Origin: an uncultured Candidatus Saccharibacteria bacterium
GTDB taxonomy: Bacteria; Patescibacteriota; Minisyncoccia; Phycocordibacterales; UBA12088
Direction: 5' to 3'
NCBI GenBank assembly: GCA_964411375.1
Contig: CAYPKR010000001.1
Location: forward strand, 238,807 to 302,806
DNA: 64,000 bases
The notes under the pieces were generated by a model. It worked only from the letters and a program-made list of their open reading frames with translations. It was not told the DNA's origin and ran no database searches. The stretch's first letter is position 1. Every line of letters begins with the position of its first letter. The position numbers and the translations under genes are program-made. Below are positions 28,532 through 39,303 of the stretch, piece by piece.

Positions 28532-29206
28532 ATGTCGATTGAATTTGTACACGCTGAAAATACTGAAGCCGGGATACCTGATCTACTGAATGCACTAGTT
28601 ACTGATCTTCGAGCGGGGAAGCAGACACTCTGGCTTATTTGTGGTGGCTCTAATATCGCGGTCGCCACTTCTGCGATCCGTGCATTACAAAATATTGTCA
28701 CACCAGACGAACTTGGATTTTTGACGATTATGCAAACCGACGAACGCTTTGGACCAGTCGGACATCCTGATTCGAACTGGACACAAATGCATGATCAGCA
28801 TTTTCCATTCGATTCTATCCGTGCATTTCCGATACTGATCGATACATCACTTGAAGAAACAGTGGAGCGCTATGGTGTTGTGGCTGAGGAAGAATTTGCT
28901 CGAGCAGGATCAATTATCGCGCTTTTTGGTATTGGCGCTGATTCACATATCGCAGGAATATTGCCGCATTCTTCAGCAACTACTTCCGAGGCGCCGGTCG
29001 CAGGATATGTTGGGGAGCCATACACGCGAATATCGCTCACTTTTCCAATGCTTCGACGTATTCACCAGGCATTCGTTTTTGCATTTGGGGAAGATAAAAA
29101 AAGAGCAATGCTTTCACTCCGCGATCTTCCACTTACGCCGACCGAAGCGCCTGCTCACATACTTCGAGAAATTCCAAAAGTGAAGGTGTATAGTAATTCG
29201 TACTGA
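28532..29206 (+). CDS. 6-phosphogluconolactonase family protein
   Basis: GGS, DER......DSN, GIG.D.HIAG..P, RISLT, FGEDK. Confidence 0.8.
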   Translation: MSIEFVHAENTEAGIPDLLNALVTDLRAGKQTLWLICGGSNIAVATSAIRALQNIVTPDELGFLTIMQTDERFGPVGHPDSNWTQMHDQHFPFDSIRAFPILIDTSLEETVERYGVVAEEEFARAGSIIALFGIGADSHIAGILPHSSATTSEAPVAGYVGEPYTRISLTFPMLRRIHQAFVFAFGEDKKRAMLSLRDLPLTPTEAPAHILREIPKVKVYSNSY

Positions 29207-29207
29207 T

Positions 29208-30167
29208 ATGAAACGCATCAATTTATTCTTGACTCTCATAAGCCTCGGCATCATTCTTATTCTCGGAGTATCGTATTTTGGGAAATTACCGAAGACGCCG
29301 CAGCCAAAAATATATGTAAGCCAACAATACGGATACGGATTCACTTATCCCGGAACATTTCAGGTACTTGAGTACTCTCCGGCATATGTGGCAATCGGTA
29401 CTACGACGAGAGATGCATTCAATGCAATTGCAAATATCGATGTTGTTACTGCCGAACTATCTTCGAAAGAATCGTTTGAAGATTTCGTCCACCGTTCAGC
29501 AATGAATATGTGCGCCGCAGATGGTCCACACGGTTCCATCCGATGTGTAGGAGTCGTGCGAAGTAGTGGAATTTTAACTCGAGGAGGACTTCAGGGAGAA
29601 TTGTTCTCACTAAAGCAAATCAATGAATCTCTACCGTCACATGCAACCACTACCGTGGAGCGGGGACCATTCTTTGCGTTTAACATATCGCCGAATGTTC
29701 CGGACAAAAAATTTGCCGCGCTCATTGTTCATGTTCCGATAGCAGGAGCCGATGATACATCGCATATTACCGAAATTGAACAAATCATTGATTCGCTTTC
29801 GCTTACCAAACTCGATGCATCAAATGGTAGAGGTGTCCTGAATCCACCGGGAACTACAACTCCTGTTGAGGTAACTACGACAATCGGAAAGAAAGTCAGC
29901 GCACTTGGCGTCTCAATCACACCGATCAAAGTGCTGGACGATAGCCGTTGCGCCGTTGATGTGCAGTGTGTTTGGGCAGGAACGGTACAACTTCAGATAC
30001 TTCTCGAGAGTGGACTTGGAAGTGCGACATCGACCATTTCGTTTGAGCGGGGAGTGACGACTGAAGCAGAAACCGTAACGCTCCAAAAAGTACAACCAGC
30101 AAAACATTCGACTGTGGAACTCTCTCCGTCTGATTATTCGTTTACATTTATCGTTTCAAAACGATAA
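29208..30167 (+). CDS. Secreted/anchored hypothetical protein
   Basis: N-terminal TM; CAADGP and DSRC..DV.CVWAG domains. Confidence 0.7.
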   Translation: MKRINLFLTLISLGIILILGVSYFGKLPKTPQPKIYVSQQYGYGFTYPGTFQVLEYSPAYVAIGTTTRDAFNAIANIDVVTAELSSKESFEDFVHRSAMNMCAADGPHGSIRCVGVVRSSGILTRGGLQGELFSLKQINESLPSHATTTVERGPFFAFNISPNVPDKKFAALIVHVPIAGADDTSHITEIEQIIDSLSLTKLDASNGRGVLNPPGTTTPVEVTTTIGKKVSALGVSITPIKVLDDSRCAVDVQCVWAGTVQLQILLESGLGSATSTISFERGVTTEAETVTLQKVQPAKHSTVELSPSDYSFTFIVSKR

Positions 30168-30242
30168 TCGAGACGTCGTCAATTGACGCTGTTTTGATTG
30201 CATAATAATATAAGCGTATTCTTATATATTTATTTATTCGCC

Positions 30243-30539
30243 ATGCCCGATCTATGTAAAGACATCAATAAGCTCGGGAAGGGAATCGGAAACGAAACCC
30301 GTTATCGAATACTTCAGGCGCTTATCAAGGGCGAAAAAACCGTGACTGACTTGGTCACCATGACCAAACTCTCACAGCCAGCGGTTTCCCAGCATTTGAA
30401 GACTCTGAAGGAAAGCAATTTGGTTACTGACGAAAAGCGAGGTCAGGAAGTGTACTACTCCTTGAATGCGGAGCACACCCTACGGCTTCTCAGATGTTTG
30501 GTTGAAGATTTAGAAAAACATAAAAAAATCACGTCATAG
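30243..30539 (+). CDS. ArsR/SmtB family transcriptional regulator
   Basis: TR..IL..L, SQPAVSQHLK.L, G.EVYY. Confidence 0.9.
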   Translation: MPDLCKDINKLGKGIGNETRYRILQALIKGEKTVTDLVTMTKLSQPAVSQHLKTLKESNLVTDEKRGQEVYYSLNAEHTLRLLRCLVEDLEKHKKITS

Positions 30540-30579
30540 CATAGATTCAGGAGTAAGTTACCAATTAGAAACAAATACG

Positions 30580-31197
30580 ATGAACTACACAACACTCGCT
30601 TCGAAGGAAGTGGTTGAGAAGGCTTCGACTTCTCTCGCGGCAAATAATTTTAAGTCGATCACGCTCGCTTCGAAAGAAGAAGCGCTCGAAAAAATCAAAG
30701 AAATGGTAGAGAAGGGTGCTTCGGTCATGAATGGCTCTTCGACCACACTCGAACAGATCGGGTACATAGAGTATCTCAAAAGCGGCGCACATGGATGGAA
30801 TAATCTCCACGAAGCAATTCTCAAAGAAAGTGATCCCGCAAAAAAATCGGAACTTCGCAAACATTCAGTCGTTTCTGATTACTATCTCGGAAGCGCGCAT
30901 GCCGTTACCGAGGAAGGGGAGCTCATGTTCGCATCGAATACTGGAAGTCAGATGCCACATCTCGCATTCACTTCCCCAAACGTCATTCTGATTGTCAGTA
31001 CGAAAAAAATTGTTCCAACACTGCAAGATGGATTTAAGCGAATTGACGAGTATGTTGTGGCGCTTGAAGACGACAGGCTCATGAAAGCATATGGCGCACA
31101 CACTATGCATTCAAAAACACTTATCCTCCACAAAGAAAATCCAATGATGAAGCGAACTGTCACCATTATCTTCGTTGAAGAAGATCTCGGCTTCTAA
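30580..31197 (+). CDS. LUD (lactate utilization) domain protein
   Basis: GSS.TL..IG, DYYLGS..A.T..G, TG.Q, KIVP. Confidence 0.85.
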   Translation: MNYTTLASKEVVEKASTSLAANNFKSITLASKEEALEKIKEMVEKGASVMNGSSTTLEQIGYIEYLKSGAHGWNNLHEAILKESDPAKKSELRKHSVVSDYYLGSAHAVTEEGELMFASNTGSQMPHLAFTSPNVILIVSTKKIVPTLQDGFKRIDEYVVALEDDRLMKAYGAHTMHSKTLILHKENPMMKRTVTIIFVEEDLGF

Positions 31198-31211
31198 TAA
31201 AATTGGTGGTT

Positions 31212-32450
31212 ATGCAAAACCCATTTGAAACGGCAAAACGCCAGCTACAGGACGCATCACGTATTTCAGGAATGAATACTGAACTTGTTGATCGTCTTCT
31301 TTCGGTTGATCGGTATCTCGAAGTGTCTATTCCTGTTCGAATGGATGATGGAGGTGAAAAAATATTCAGCGGCTTTCGAAGTCAACACAACAATGCGCGC
31401 GGTCCCTACAAAGGCGGCATTCGATTTCATCCGGAAGTTAATTTGGATGAAGTAAGGGCGCTTAGTTTTTGGATGACATTTAAAACGGCAGTTGTTGATG
31501 TGCCGTTTGGCGGTGGAAAAGGTGGAATCATTGTTGACCCAAAAAAATTATCTGAAACAGAACGTGAACGTCTGTCGCGCGGCTACGTGAAGAAATTATT
31601 TCCAGTTCTCGGTCCGACGGTCGATGTCCCTGCTCCAGACGTGAATACAAATGGAGTGATCATGTCGTACATGAGAGATGAATATGAAAAACTCGCTGGC
31701 GTAAAAGTCCCCGCGGCTTTCACTGGCAAGCCGATTGAAAAGGGAGGTTCTGAGGGAAGAGCGGAAGCAACGGGTGCAGGCGGCGGCGTGGTGCTTCGAA
31801 GTGCACTCGGGGCAAAATTAATTACTCTGCGTGGATCCGGAACAATTGCGATCCAAGGGTTTGGGAATGTGGCAAGTCATTTCGCAGAAGCCATCAATGG
31901 ACTCAATCTAAAAATTGTCGCGGTGTCTGACAGTAAAGGCGGCATATATGCGGAGAATGGATTTAATGTTACAGCGCTTGAAGCACACAAAGCAAAGACA
32001 GGCGCTCTCAAAGATTTTCCGGGTGCTACAAATATTACAAATGAAGAACTACTGGAACTTCCAGTTGATATTCTTGTTCCTGCCGCACTTGAAAATGTAT
32101 TGACCAAAGAAAATGCAGCAAAAATACATGCAACATTAATCATCGAGATGGCGAATGGACCGACGACGATTGAAGCCGATCAAATTTTTGCCGAAAGAAA
32201 GATTGAAGTTATTCCAGACATTCTCGCAAATAGTGGGGGAGTCCTCGTGAGTTATTTTGAGTGGTATCAAAATATGCATGGAGAAGTATGGAGTAAGGCA
32301 GATGTACTTCAGAAGCTCGAAGAAAAAATGAAAGCCGCGTTTGATGCGGTATACGAGACGAAAGAATTGCACCAGACTTCTCTTCGTCTTGCTGCATATA
32401 TTCTCGCGGCGAAGCGGATTGCTGAAGCAGAACATACTTCTGCTTCGTGA
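31212..32450 (+). CDS. gdhA: Glu/Leu/Phe/Val dehydrogenase (glutamate dehydrogenase)
   Basis: GPYKGGIRF, GGGKGG, VPAPDV, QGFGNV, PDILANSGGV.VSYFEW. Confidence 0.92.
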   Translation: MQNPFETAKRQLQDASRISGMNTELVDRLLSVDRYLEVSIPVRMDDGGEKIFSGFRSQHNNARGPYKGGIRFHPEVNLDEVRALSFWMTFKTAVVDVPFGGGKGGIIVDPKKLSETERERLSRGYVKKLFPVLGPTVDVPAPDVNTNGVIMSYMRDEYEKLAGVKVPAAFTGKPIEKGGSEGRAEATGAGGGVVLRSALGAKLITLRGSGTIAIQGFGNVASHFAEAINGLNLKIVAVSDSKGGIYAENGFNVTALEAHKAKTGALKDFPGATNITNEELLELPVDILVPAALENVLTKENAAKIHATLIIEMANGPTTIEADQIFAERKIEVIPDILANSGGVLVSYFEWYQNMHGEVWSKADVLQKLEEKMKAAFDAVYETKELHQTSLRLAAYILAAKRIAEAEHTSAS

Positions 32451-32574
32451 TCTCTTCATCTTTTCTACAGATACATTGTGCAAGTATTACGCGTACGTAC
32501 GGCGAATATTGTTCGAAGTACTAGGACGAGTGCAGTCGGCACTCCAATACGTTACTCGCACTAATGTTACATCT

Positions 32575-32727
32575 ATGCTGGTTACCATTGCAGTCATTTT
32601 GCTCATACTATGGCTCCTCGGTGTTGTTTCTTCCTACACAATCGGCGGATTTATTCACATACTCTTGGTTGTCGCGATAATCTTTTTCCTTATCCGAATC
32701 ATTCAAGGACGCAATCCGATTGAATAG
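32575..32727 (+). CDS. lmo0937-family (DUF5670) small membrane protein
   Basis: ML.TIAVILLILWLLG..SSYT.GGFIHILLVVA...IIQGR. Confidence 0.85.
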   Translation: MLVTIAVILLILWLLGVVSSYTIGGFIHILLVVAIIFFLIRIIQGRNPIE

Positions 32728-32782
32728 GCTTTCCACATTTCCGCGTTAGAGTATTTTCGCCATTTCCTCTATTCTAGAGGGA

Positions 32783-33415
32783 ATGGCGAATATGTTTGAT
32801 TCGTATCGGCGCATCAGTGCGGCACTCCTCTTGATTTCAGGGAGTTGTATTATTTTTGGTTCACTGTTTCGTCCTGATCAAACTATTCCTGGCGCAATCA
32901 TAAACGATATATGTAGTTGTATTTACGGAACGCTCGGCGTAGGATTTTTGATCGCAATTTTTGGACTGATTGCACTTTATTTGGCGCTCGGCGAAGGTAT
33001 GTCGCACCTAACGCGCGCTGCAGTCCTTCTCTCCTCTGCGTTATCTGGATTTATTTCTGGCTCACTGCTCATCATCTACGGATTTATTATTCCGATTCTG
33101 TCTGAAAAAAGTGCATACTCGGCACTTCTATTACCAGCAGGACCAATAATCGGAGGAGCTCCGATGTTTCTCCTCGTATCAGCCACGGTTCTCTATGCAG
33201 CTGCGCTCGGGATAGTTGGTATCCATTTGATTCGAAAGCGAGGTTGGCGACTCCCTGGTGTATTTCTTCTTGGCGCACTACCGATGGCATTTACACCACC
33301 GTTGCCGTATTTGATTGGAATGGCTGGCGGCGTTTTTCTCGGACTTGGATATATAGGTGTTGGATATCGACTGTGGAAATTGGATGCAGAAAGCGTGTCC
33401 AGAAAAATTAACTAA
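32783..33415 (+). CDS. Multi-pass membrane protein
   Basis: About 6 hydrophobic segments. Confidence 0.7.
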   Translation: MANMFDSYRRISAALLLISGSCIIFGSLFRPDQTIPGAIINDICSCIYGTLGVGFLIAIFGLIALYLALGEGMSHLTRAAVLLSSALSGFISGSLLIIYGFIIPILSEKSAYSALLLPAGPIIGGAPMFLLVSATVLYAAALGIVGIHLIRKRGWRLPGVFLLGALPMAFTPPLPYLIGMAGGVFLGLGYIGVGYRLWKLDAESVSRKIN

Positions 33416-33900
33416 TTTTCTGACCACGTAAGTTCGAGCATGCTTCCGATCTGGAGCGAGCGCCACCGCTCCATAAGCGTCCGGTGCGCTTTGACTGCTT
33501 CGACCCCAAACTCTGGAGTAAAATATTTTGGAATAACTAACCCCATTAATGTTAGATATTCAGATATTTTTTTCACCCGCTCTGGCATATTTTCGGTACC
33601 ATTTTCGACTCCCTGGAGACTTGCAACAATGATTTCGGTCGTTTGCCCCTCAGGTTCTGGATAGAGATCGGATTCCTTCATCGCTTTCGGAGAAAGTTCT
33701 TCGAGATTTACTCCCCGAGCGATTGATCCGTAAAAAGAGTGAGAAAGTTTTGCGCTGTCTTCTACGACAAAATGCATCAAATCGTGCTTGAGAAATCCAC
33801 GCATTTCTAACTCTGCGCTTGTTGCGGCGCCGTCTGCTCTCAGGCATTCTAGACGATATCGGTCGGGATGTATTTTGATATATCGAAGTTTCACTTCCAC
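33412..33900 (-). CDS. Conserved hypothetical protein
   Basis: L.C.RADG...HDL.HF.VE...FYG..A.G pattern. Confidence 0.65.
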   Translation of the reverse strand: MEVKLRYIKIHPDRYRLECLRADGAATSAELEMRGFLKHDLMHFVVEDSAKLSHSFYGSIARGVNLEELSPKAMKESDLYPEPEGQTTEIIVASLQGVENGTENMPERVKKISEYLTLMGLVIPKYFTPEFGVEAVKAHRTLMERWRSLQIGSMLELTWSEN

Positions 33901-33959
33901 AGCCTACCAAGGAGATATATGGAAGAAAAGCAGCGCTCTCTTGTAGTAGAAATAGACGC

Positions 33960-34523
33960 ATGGAGGATTCGCATACAGACGAAGAAATCGCCCGCCGCGT
34001 GCAGGCGGGAGATAGTGAAGCGTTCGGCGAGCTTGTCGAACGCTACGTGGAAAAACTGCGACGCTACGGCAGGAGATTTTTTTCTGACAGTGAAGATATT
34101 GATGATCTGATCCAAGACTCGTTTCTCAAAGCGTATGCAAATATCCAAAGCTTTGATACCTCGAGGCGCTTTTCTCCGTGGATTTATCGGATTGCGCACA
34201 ATGAAATCGTCAATCGTCTTCGCTCGCGTATAACCGACGATCTTGCGATTGATCTCGATCTCGTATTTCCACATTTACGCGCGGTAGAAGAAGCAGATAC
34301 GGAGACGACGCTTCGCGAGATGCGAGAAGTTCTTGAGGAACATTTGCCAGCAATCAATGTAAAATATCGCGAAGCGCTCATTCTCTATTTTTACGAAGAG
34401 TTGTCATATAAGGAAATCGCCGAAGTGCTTCAAATTCCGATTGCAACGGTTGGGGTACGCATCAACCGCGGGAAAGCGCTCCTTCGCAAAGAAATCGAAC
34501 AAACAAAGAAAAAACCACTATGA
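33960..34523 (+). CDS. ECF RNA polymerase sigma factor
   Basis: AF.ELVERY, DL.QD.F.KAY, FS.W.YRIA.N, LSY.EIA..L......V..R..R. Confidence 0.92.
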   Translation: MEDSHTDEEIARRVQAGDSEAFGELVERYVEKLRRYGRRFFSDSEDIDDLIQDSFLKAYANIQSFDTSRRFSPWIYRIAHNEIVNRLRSRITDDLAIDLDLVFPHLRAVEEADTETTLREMREVLEEHLPAINVKYREALILYFYEELSYKEIAEVLQIPIATVGVRINRGKALLRKEIEQTKKKPL

Positions 34524-35281
34524 CCAAAAACGACATCAACAACTTAAAATCAAAAATCCTCGGTGCGATACACGAAGGCGATGTGGTGATGCGCCCCAAG
34601 TGGCATTTTGTACTCAAATCAATTTTGATGATCTTGGGTGTCGTACTGTTCCTGTTGGTGAGCATTTATGTCGTAAGCTTTATTATTTTTGCACTCCACG
34701 AGAGCGGCATCTGGTTTACGCCAGTCTTTGGTGGCAGAGGATGGTTCTCGTTCTTCCGTTCACTCCCATGGCTTCTGATCGTCCTCTCCTTACTTTTTAT
34801 TGTGATTCTCGAAGTTATGGTTCGCCGATTCTCATTCGGCTATCGCCAACCGCTTCTCTATAGCGCGCTTGGTATCATCTGCATCACCACGTTTGGTTCG
34901 GTAATCATTGCACAAACATCATTCCATCGATTTCTCTTCCGCGCGGCAGAGAATAATCAGCTTCCATTCGTTGGAGATTTCTATCGCGGGTTCGGTTCCC
35001 CAGATATTTCTGACGTTCATATCGGTATGCTCGACCACTTCTCTGAAGAAGGGTTTACGCTTATCGGACGACGTCATGAATCGAAAGAAGTCATATTGAA
35101 CGCAACAACCTCGTTTCCGCTCGGCACTGATTTTGCCGCGGGAGACATCATCATGGTTATTGGTGAAGACGAAGATGGAGTGATTCACGCACTTGGCGTT
35201 CGAAAACTCGATGACACATTTGATTTTCCACCACCACCAGGGAATGAACGGCATGGTTTTAGAATCCGTTTCGTTCAGTAG
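34520..35281 (+). CDS. Membrane protein coupled to ECF sigma (candidate anti-sigma)
   Basis: 4-nt overlap with sigma; MRPKWHF motif, 3 TM, C-terminal beta domain. Confidence 0.65.
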   Translation: MTKNDINNLKSKILGAIHEGDVVMRPKWHFVLKSILMILGVVLFLLVSIYVVSFIIFALHESGIWFTPVFGGRGWFSFFRSLPWLLIVLSLLFIVILEVMVRRFSFGYRQPLLYSALGIICITTFGSVIIAQTSFHRFLFRAAENNQLPFVGDFYRGFGSPDISDVHIGMLDHFSEEGFTLIGRRHESKEVILNATTSFPLGTDFAAGDIIMVIGEDEDGVIHALGVRKLDDTFDFPPPPGNERHGFRIRFVQ

Positions 35282-35362
35282 TTGAAATAAAACAGGAGCT
35301 CCGTAGTACTAAGGAAGCAAGGAAACTATTCTCGCCTATTACTCATTACTACACGTAATTGT

Positions 35363-35791
35363 ATGGATAAAAAATTGATCGGAATCGCACTTGCCGCACT
35401 CATCATTGGTGGAGCAGGGGGGTATTTTATTGGTATGCATCACGGAAGTTCTTCACGTCAATTCGGTATGGGGAACGGAGCGCGACAATTTAACACTACC
35501 TTTGGAGGGGGAGCTGGCGCGGGCGGTGCTCGTCGCAGTATGGGTGGTTTTACCGCAGGACAGATTTTGAGTATGGATAATCAGAGCATCACAATCAAAG
35601 GGATGGACGGAAGTTCAAAAATCGTTTTCTTCTCTACCTCAACGTCAGTGATGAAATCGGCAAGCGGGAGTATTGATGATCTAAAGACTGGAACAGAAGT
35701 TATGGTGAATGGGACAACAAATCCTGATGGAAGCGTGACCGCATCATCAATACAAATTCGCGGAGCCTTGCCAACTCCTCCCCAAAACTAA
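35363..35791 (+). CDS. DUF5666-like exported protein
   Basis: TM, Gly-rich linker, G.I.S....IT, DLK.G..V.V.G.T..DGSVTA. Confidence 0.7.
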   Translation: MDKKLIGIALAALIIGGAGGYFIGMHHGSSSRQFGMGNGARQFNTTFGGGAGAGGARRSMGGFTAGQILSMDNQSITIKGMDGSSKIVFFSTSTSVMKSASGSIDDLKTGTEVMVNGTTNPDGSVTASSIQIRGALPTPPQN

Positions 35792-35880
35792 TACAATGGG
35801 AATATTCAGCAGGGATTCTTCTCGTTCCACTTGAGGCTGGAAGATATCCGTTTGTTTTATCCATTTAAACTACGAACACT

Positions 35881-36390
35881 ATGAATTCAAAAGCACTTAT
35901 CGGACTATTTGCGGTCGTTGTTCTAATCGGAGCAGGTATTTGGTTTATTAATGCTGGAAATACCACACCGAAGGATAATACTGCCGCAGTAACAACGGGT
36001 GGAGATTCGATGGACGGCATGGACATGGGATCTACCACGACTGACACGAACGCTACCGATACTTCTTCAGGCGTAACAACGGATGTCGACGCAACAGCCG
36101 GAGTAACTACGGGAACCACCAAGGAATTCACCGTTACTGGTTCTAACTTTGCGTTTTCACCAACCACGCTCACCGTCAACAAGGGCGATCACGTGAAGAT
36201 CACCTTCAAGAACAGTGGCGGATTCCACGACTTTGTTCTCGATGCATTCAAGGTCAAAACTGATCGTATTAATGGCGGAGATTCAGCTGTCGTTGAATTC
36301 GATGCAACACAGTCAGGTAGTTTCGAATATTACTGCTCAGTTGGCAACCACCGTGCAATGGGCATGAAGGGAACCTTGGTTGTTAAATAG
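35881..36390 (+). CDS. Cupredoxin-domain protein
   Basis: F.FSP..L.V..GD.V, H, YYCSVGNHR.MGM.G.L.V copper ligands. Confidence 0.9.
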   Translation: MNSKALIGLFAVVVLIGAGIWFINAGNTTPKDNTAAVTTGGDSMDGMDMGSTTTDTNATDTSSGVTTDVDATAGVTTGTTKEFTVTGSNFAFSPTTLTVNKGDHVKITFKNSGGFHDFVLDAFKVKTDRINGGDSAVVEFDATQSGSFEYYCSVGNHRAMGMKGTLVVK

Positions 36391-36450
36391 TCTTGTAACA
36401 AATTGTCGAACCCAAACGTCATCGAAAGTGACATGCGGGCAGCAGCGTAC

Positions 36451-37683
36451 ATGGATAGAAAGAGCAACATCACGCATCAGACGATCCGTTTAGTCGCGGT
36501 AATCGCCATTCTTTTCTCCGGAGTGTTCTTACTCCCCGGCGGCGTTAGCGCGGCAACGGCGACACAACCGCTCGAGGTTTCCGGATGGATTCCGTATTGG
36601 AGAGCTGCAACCGGAACCGCAGATTTTCTGAACCACATCGACACTTTCAAGGAGATCAATCCGTTCATCTACACAATGAAAGCAGACGGCACCATTTACG
36701 ATGCCGCAGGAGTCACTGAAGGTCCGTGGCCGGCTCTCATTGCTGCTGCAAAAGCAAAAAAAGTGCGCGTCATCCCAACTATCATGTGGGGAAATGGAGA
36801 CGCGATTCATGCGGTCCTCTCAAATACTAAATCGAGAATCGCGCTTGAAGACGCAATAACCGCACTCGTCAAACAAAATAATTTTGACGGTATCGATATC
36901 GACTTTGAAGGGAAAAAGGCAGAAACAAAAACCTATTTTGCTACGTTCCTGAAGGGATTGTATCAACGAATGGGAAATAAATGGGTGATGTGCACCATCG
37001 AGGCACGCACTCCGCTTGATTCGCGTTACACCGGTACTCCTCCAGCAGACGCGACAATGTACGCAAATGATTATGTTGCGATCAACAAATACTGCGATCG
37101 AGTGCGCATAATGGCGTACGACCAAGGAACAATCGACGTAAAATTAAACGCCGATGAGAGTGGTCCATACGTGCCCGTTGCTGATCCACGTTGGGTAGAA
37201 AAAGTAATGAATGTTGCGGCGCAAACAATTTCAAAAAAGAAATTGATGATCGGCATTCCGACCTACGGATACGAATATGAGACGGTGCCGCTTTCAGAAG
37301 GTAAGTATGTCTACAACATGATGTGGGCGTTCAATCCGAAATACGCAACCGACTTAGCCGCACAGCAGGGTATTGTACCGTCTCGCAATTCTGCCGGAGA
37401 AATGAGTTTCCTCTACGACACCAAGAGTCTCGTTCCGGGAACAGTAAATCAAAATAATATAGACACTACGACGCCAACGGTCGTCTCAACCGAAGGAAGC
37501 ACTCAGACGACCACTACCAATCCGGGCTACACCTCGTACCATATCCTTTGGTGGAGTGATGCATCAGCAATAAACGATAAAGTGCAACTTGCTAAGAAAT
37601 TGGGACTTCGCGGTGTGTCTATCTTCAAGATCGACGGAGGGGAAGATCCGAATATGTGGAATGTGTTGCCGCTTCAGCGATAA
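36451..37683 (+). CDS. GH18 glycosyl hydrolase (exported)
   Basis: FDGIDIDFE catalytic motif, MAYD, GIP.YG, LRGVSIF. Confidence 0.9.
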   Translation: MDRKSNITHQTIRLVAVIAILFSGVFLLPGGVSAATATQPLEVSGWIPYWRAATGTADFLNHIDTFKEINPFIYTMKADGTIYDAAGVTEGPWPALIAAAKAKKVRVIPTIMWGNGDAIHAVLSNTKSRIALEDAITALVKQNNFDGIDIDFEGKKAETKTYFATFLKGLYQRMGNKWVMCTIEARTPLDSRYTGTPPADATMYANDYVAINKYCDRVRIMAYDQGTIDVKLNADESGPYVPVADPRWVEKVMNVAAQTISKKKLMIGIPTYGYEYETVPLSEGKYVYNMMWAFNPKYATDLAAQQGIVPSRNSAGEMSFLYDTKSLVPGTVNQNNIDTTTPTVVSTEGSTQTTTTNPGYTSYHILWWSDASAINDKVQLAKKLGLRGVSIFKIDGGEDPNMWNVLPLQR

Positions 37684-37688
37684 GAAAG

Positions 37689-37916
37689 ATGGCACATCCT
37701 TTTGAGCGAATTTTTGATACGGCACTCAGGGAGAGTCGAGACGGCGACAATGAGTTGGTTACAGCAGTTCAAAATCTTGTAGAGTCAGGATATGCCGAAG
37801 GAGAAGTGATAGCCGCCCTGAAGCATTTTTCACACGGACTTCTCCAAGATTCTGACATCGATACGGCAAACGCGGCGCTCGATTCACTCGAAGGATCTTT
37901 GAAACAGGACGTATAA
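37689..37916 (+). CDS. Small acidic hypothetical protein
   Basis: 75-aa co-directional ORF. Confidence 0.6.
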   Translation: MAHPFERIFDTALRESRDGDNELVTAVQNLVESGYAEGEVIAALKHFSHGLLQDSDIDTANAALDSLEGSLKQDV

Positions 37917-37924
37917 ATTTCTCT

Positions 37925-38482
37925 ATGGACACCATCAATGCTATTGATGTCAGTCTGTTTCATACGCTGAACGGTGTATTGGGAAAATCGCACATATTTG
38001 ATATTGCGGTTATTTTTGTTGCCAAGTACTTAATCGGCATAATCGCGCTCGTTGTCATACTCTCGCTCATGAGTGATTTTGTGCGAGAAGGAAGACGGCA
38101 ATTTTTGCTTAATCTAAATACGGTAATCGGCACGATTATTGCGGTAACCCTAATCACGGGATGCATCCGCGCCATTTATCATCACAGTCGGCCGCTTTTG
38201 GCTCTTGGAACTCCCCACATTCTCTTTGAGGGTTCCTACTCATTCCCGTCGATGCACACTATTCTCGTCTTCGGCACCGCGACAGCGGTCTATTTCTACA
38301 ATCGCCCGCTTGCCTACATTATCTACGCTTTAGGAATTTTAATTGGTATTGCACGGATAATCGCTGGCGTACACTACCCATTTGATATTCTCGGAGGTAT
38401 TATTTTGGGGGTAGGGGCAGGACTCATTATCGAAGTATCTCTGCGTCACATTTTTAGAGTGCGAAGACCGCGCATTCACTAA
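37925..38482 (+). CDS. PAP2 phosphatase (BcrC-like undecaprenyl-PP phosphatase)
   Basis: RP, SFPS.H, R...GVHYP.D. Confidence 0.88.
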   Translation: MDTINAIDVSLFHTLNGVLGKSHIFDIAVIFVAKYLIGIIALVVILSLMSDFVREGRRQFLLNLNTVIGTIIAVTLITGCIRAIYHHSRPLLALGTPHILFEGSYSFPSMHTILVFGTATAVYFYNRPLAYIIYALGILIGIARIIAGVHYPFDILGGIILGVGAGLIIEVSLRHIFRVRRPRIH

Positions 38483-38513
38483 ATACTCACCGTTATTAGC
38501 TTACGCTGTACCT

Positions 38514-39218
38514 ATGGAACACTTTCGAACCACGAAGCGCGGTGCAACCCCACTTGGCGTCGCACTCACTATAATTATTCTTATTTTGATCGCAGGAGGT
38601 ATTTTTTACCTTTTACCTTCTACACCACCAACTTCCGTAGATACTGGAACTCCGACGACCACTAATCCAGTAGCATCGACAACGCCGCTCACGAGCTACA
38701 TGAGCGATCAATATCATTTCTCAATCGAATACCCACAAAACCTTGAAGCAACCTCCACATTCAATGGATATCAGCATGTCGCGACAAGTTGGCGACAGGG
38801 AGCGGTAGATACACCAAAATCAGGCACGCCGGTTGTTTCAATTATTGTCGACTCACTCATGAATAATCCTGGTGAAGAAGGATATTACTACGACGCAGAA
38901 CTTCGTATCGGCGTCAGTACCACTGCAAGTGCAGTAACTAATTGTCTTACAGTTGACGCAGACGAAGATTCTGCAACAACATCGATCGCCGTTGGTGGCA
39001 TCACCTTCACCCACTTTACCCGCGAGAGTGCCGGTATGAGTCAGTTTGGCAAAGTAGATAGTTATCGCACAGTACACAACAAAACTTGCGTCGCCGTCGA
39101 GGCAATCATCGCGGGCGGCGGAACGGCGCTCAATAATCCAAGCCAGTCACCAGAGCGTGCTGCTACGGACAAGCAGATGATGCAAAGCATTCTTCAGACG
39201 TTTGCGTTCACTGACTAG
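38514..39218 (+). CDS. Exported protein with prepilin-like N-terminus
   Basis: KRG/ATPL plus hydrophobic helix; T/P-rich linker. Confidence 0.65.
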   Translation: MEHFRTTKRGATPLGVALTIIILILIAGGIFYLLPSTPPTSVDTGTPTTTNPVASTTPLTSYMSDQYHFSIEYPQNLEATSTFNGYQHVATSWRQGAVDTPKSGTPVVSIIVDSLMNNPGEEGYYYDAELRIGVSTTASAVTNCLTVDADEDSATTSIAVGGITFTHFTRESAGMSQFGKVDSYRTVHNKTCVAVEAIIAGGGTALNNPSQSPERAATDKQMMQSILQTFAFTD

Positions 39219-39303
39219 TTCTCCCCATCTCAGATCGCTCCAATTCGCGGTATACTTATCTCATTCCGCACGGCGGAGCATTGATAATTAATTACTGTTC
39301 ATA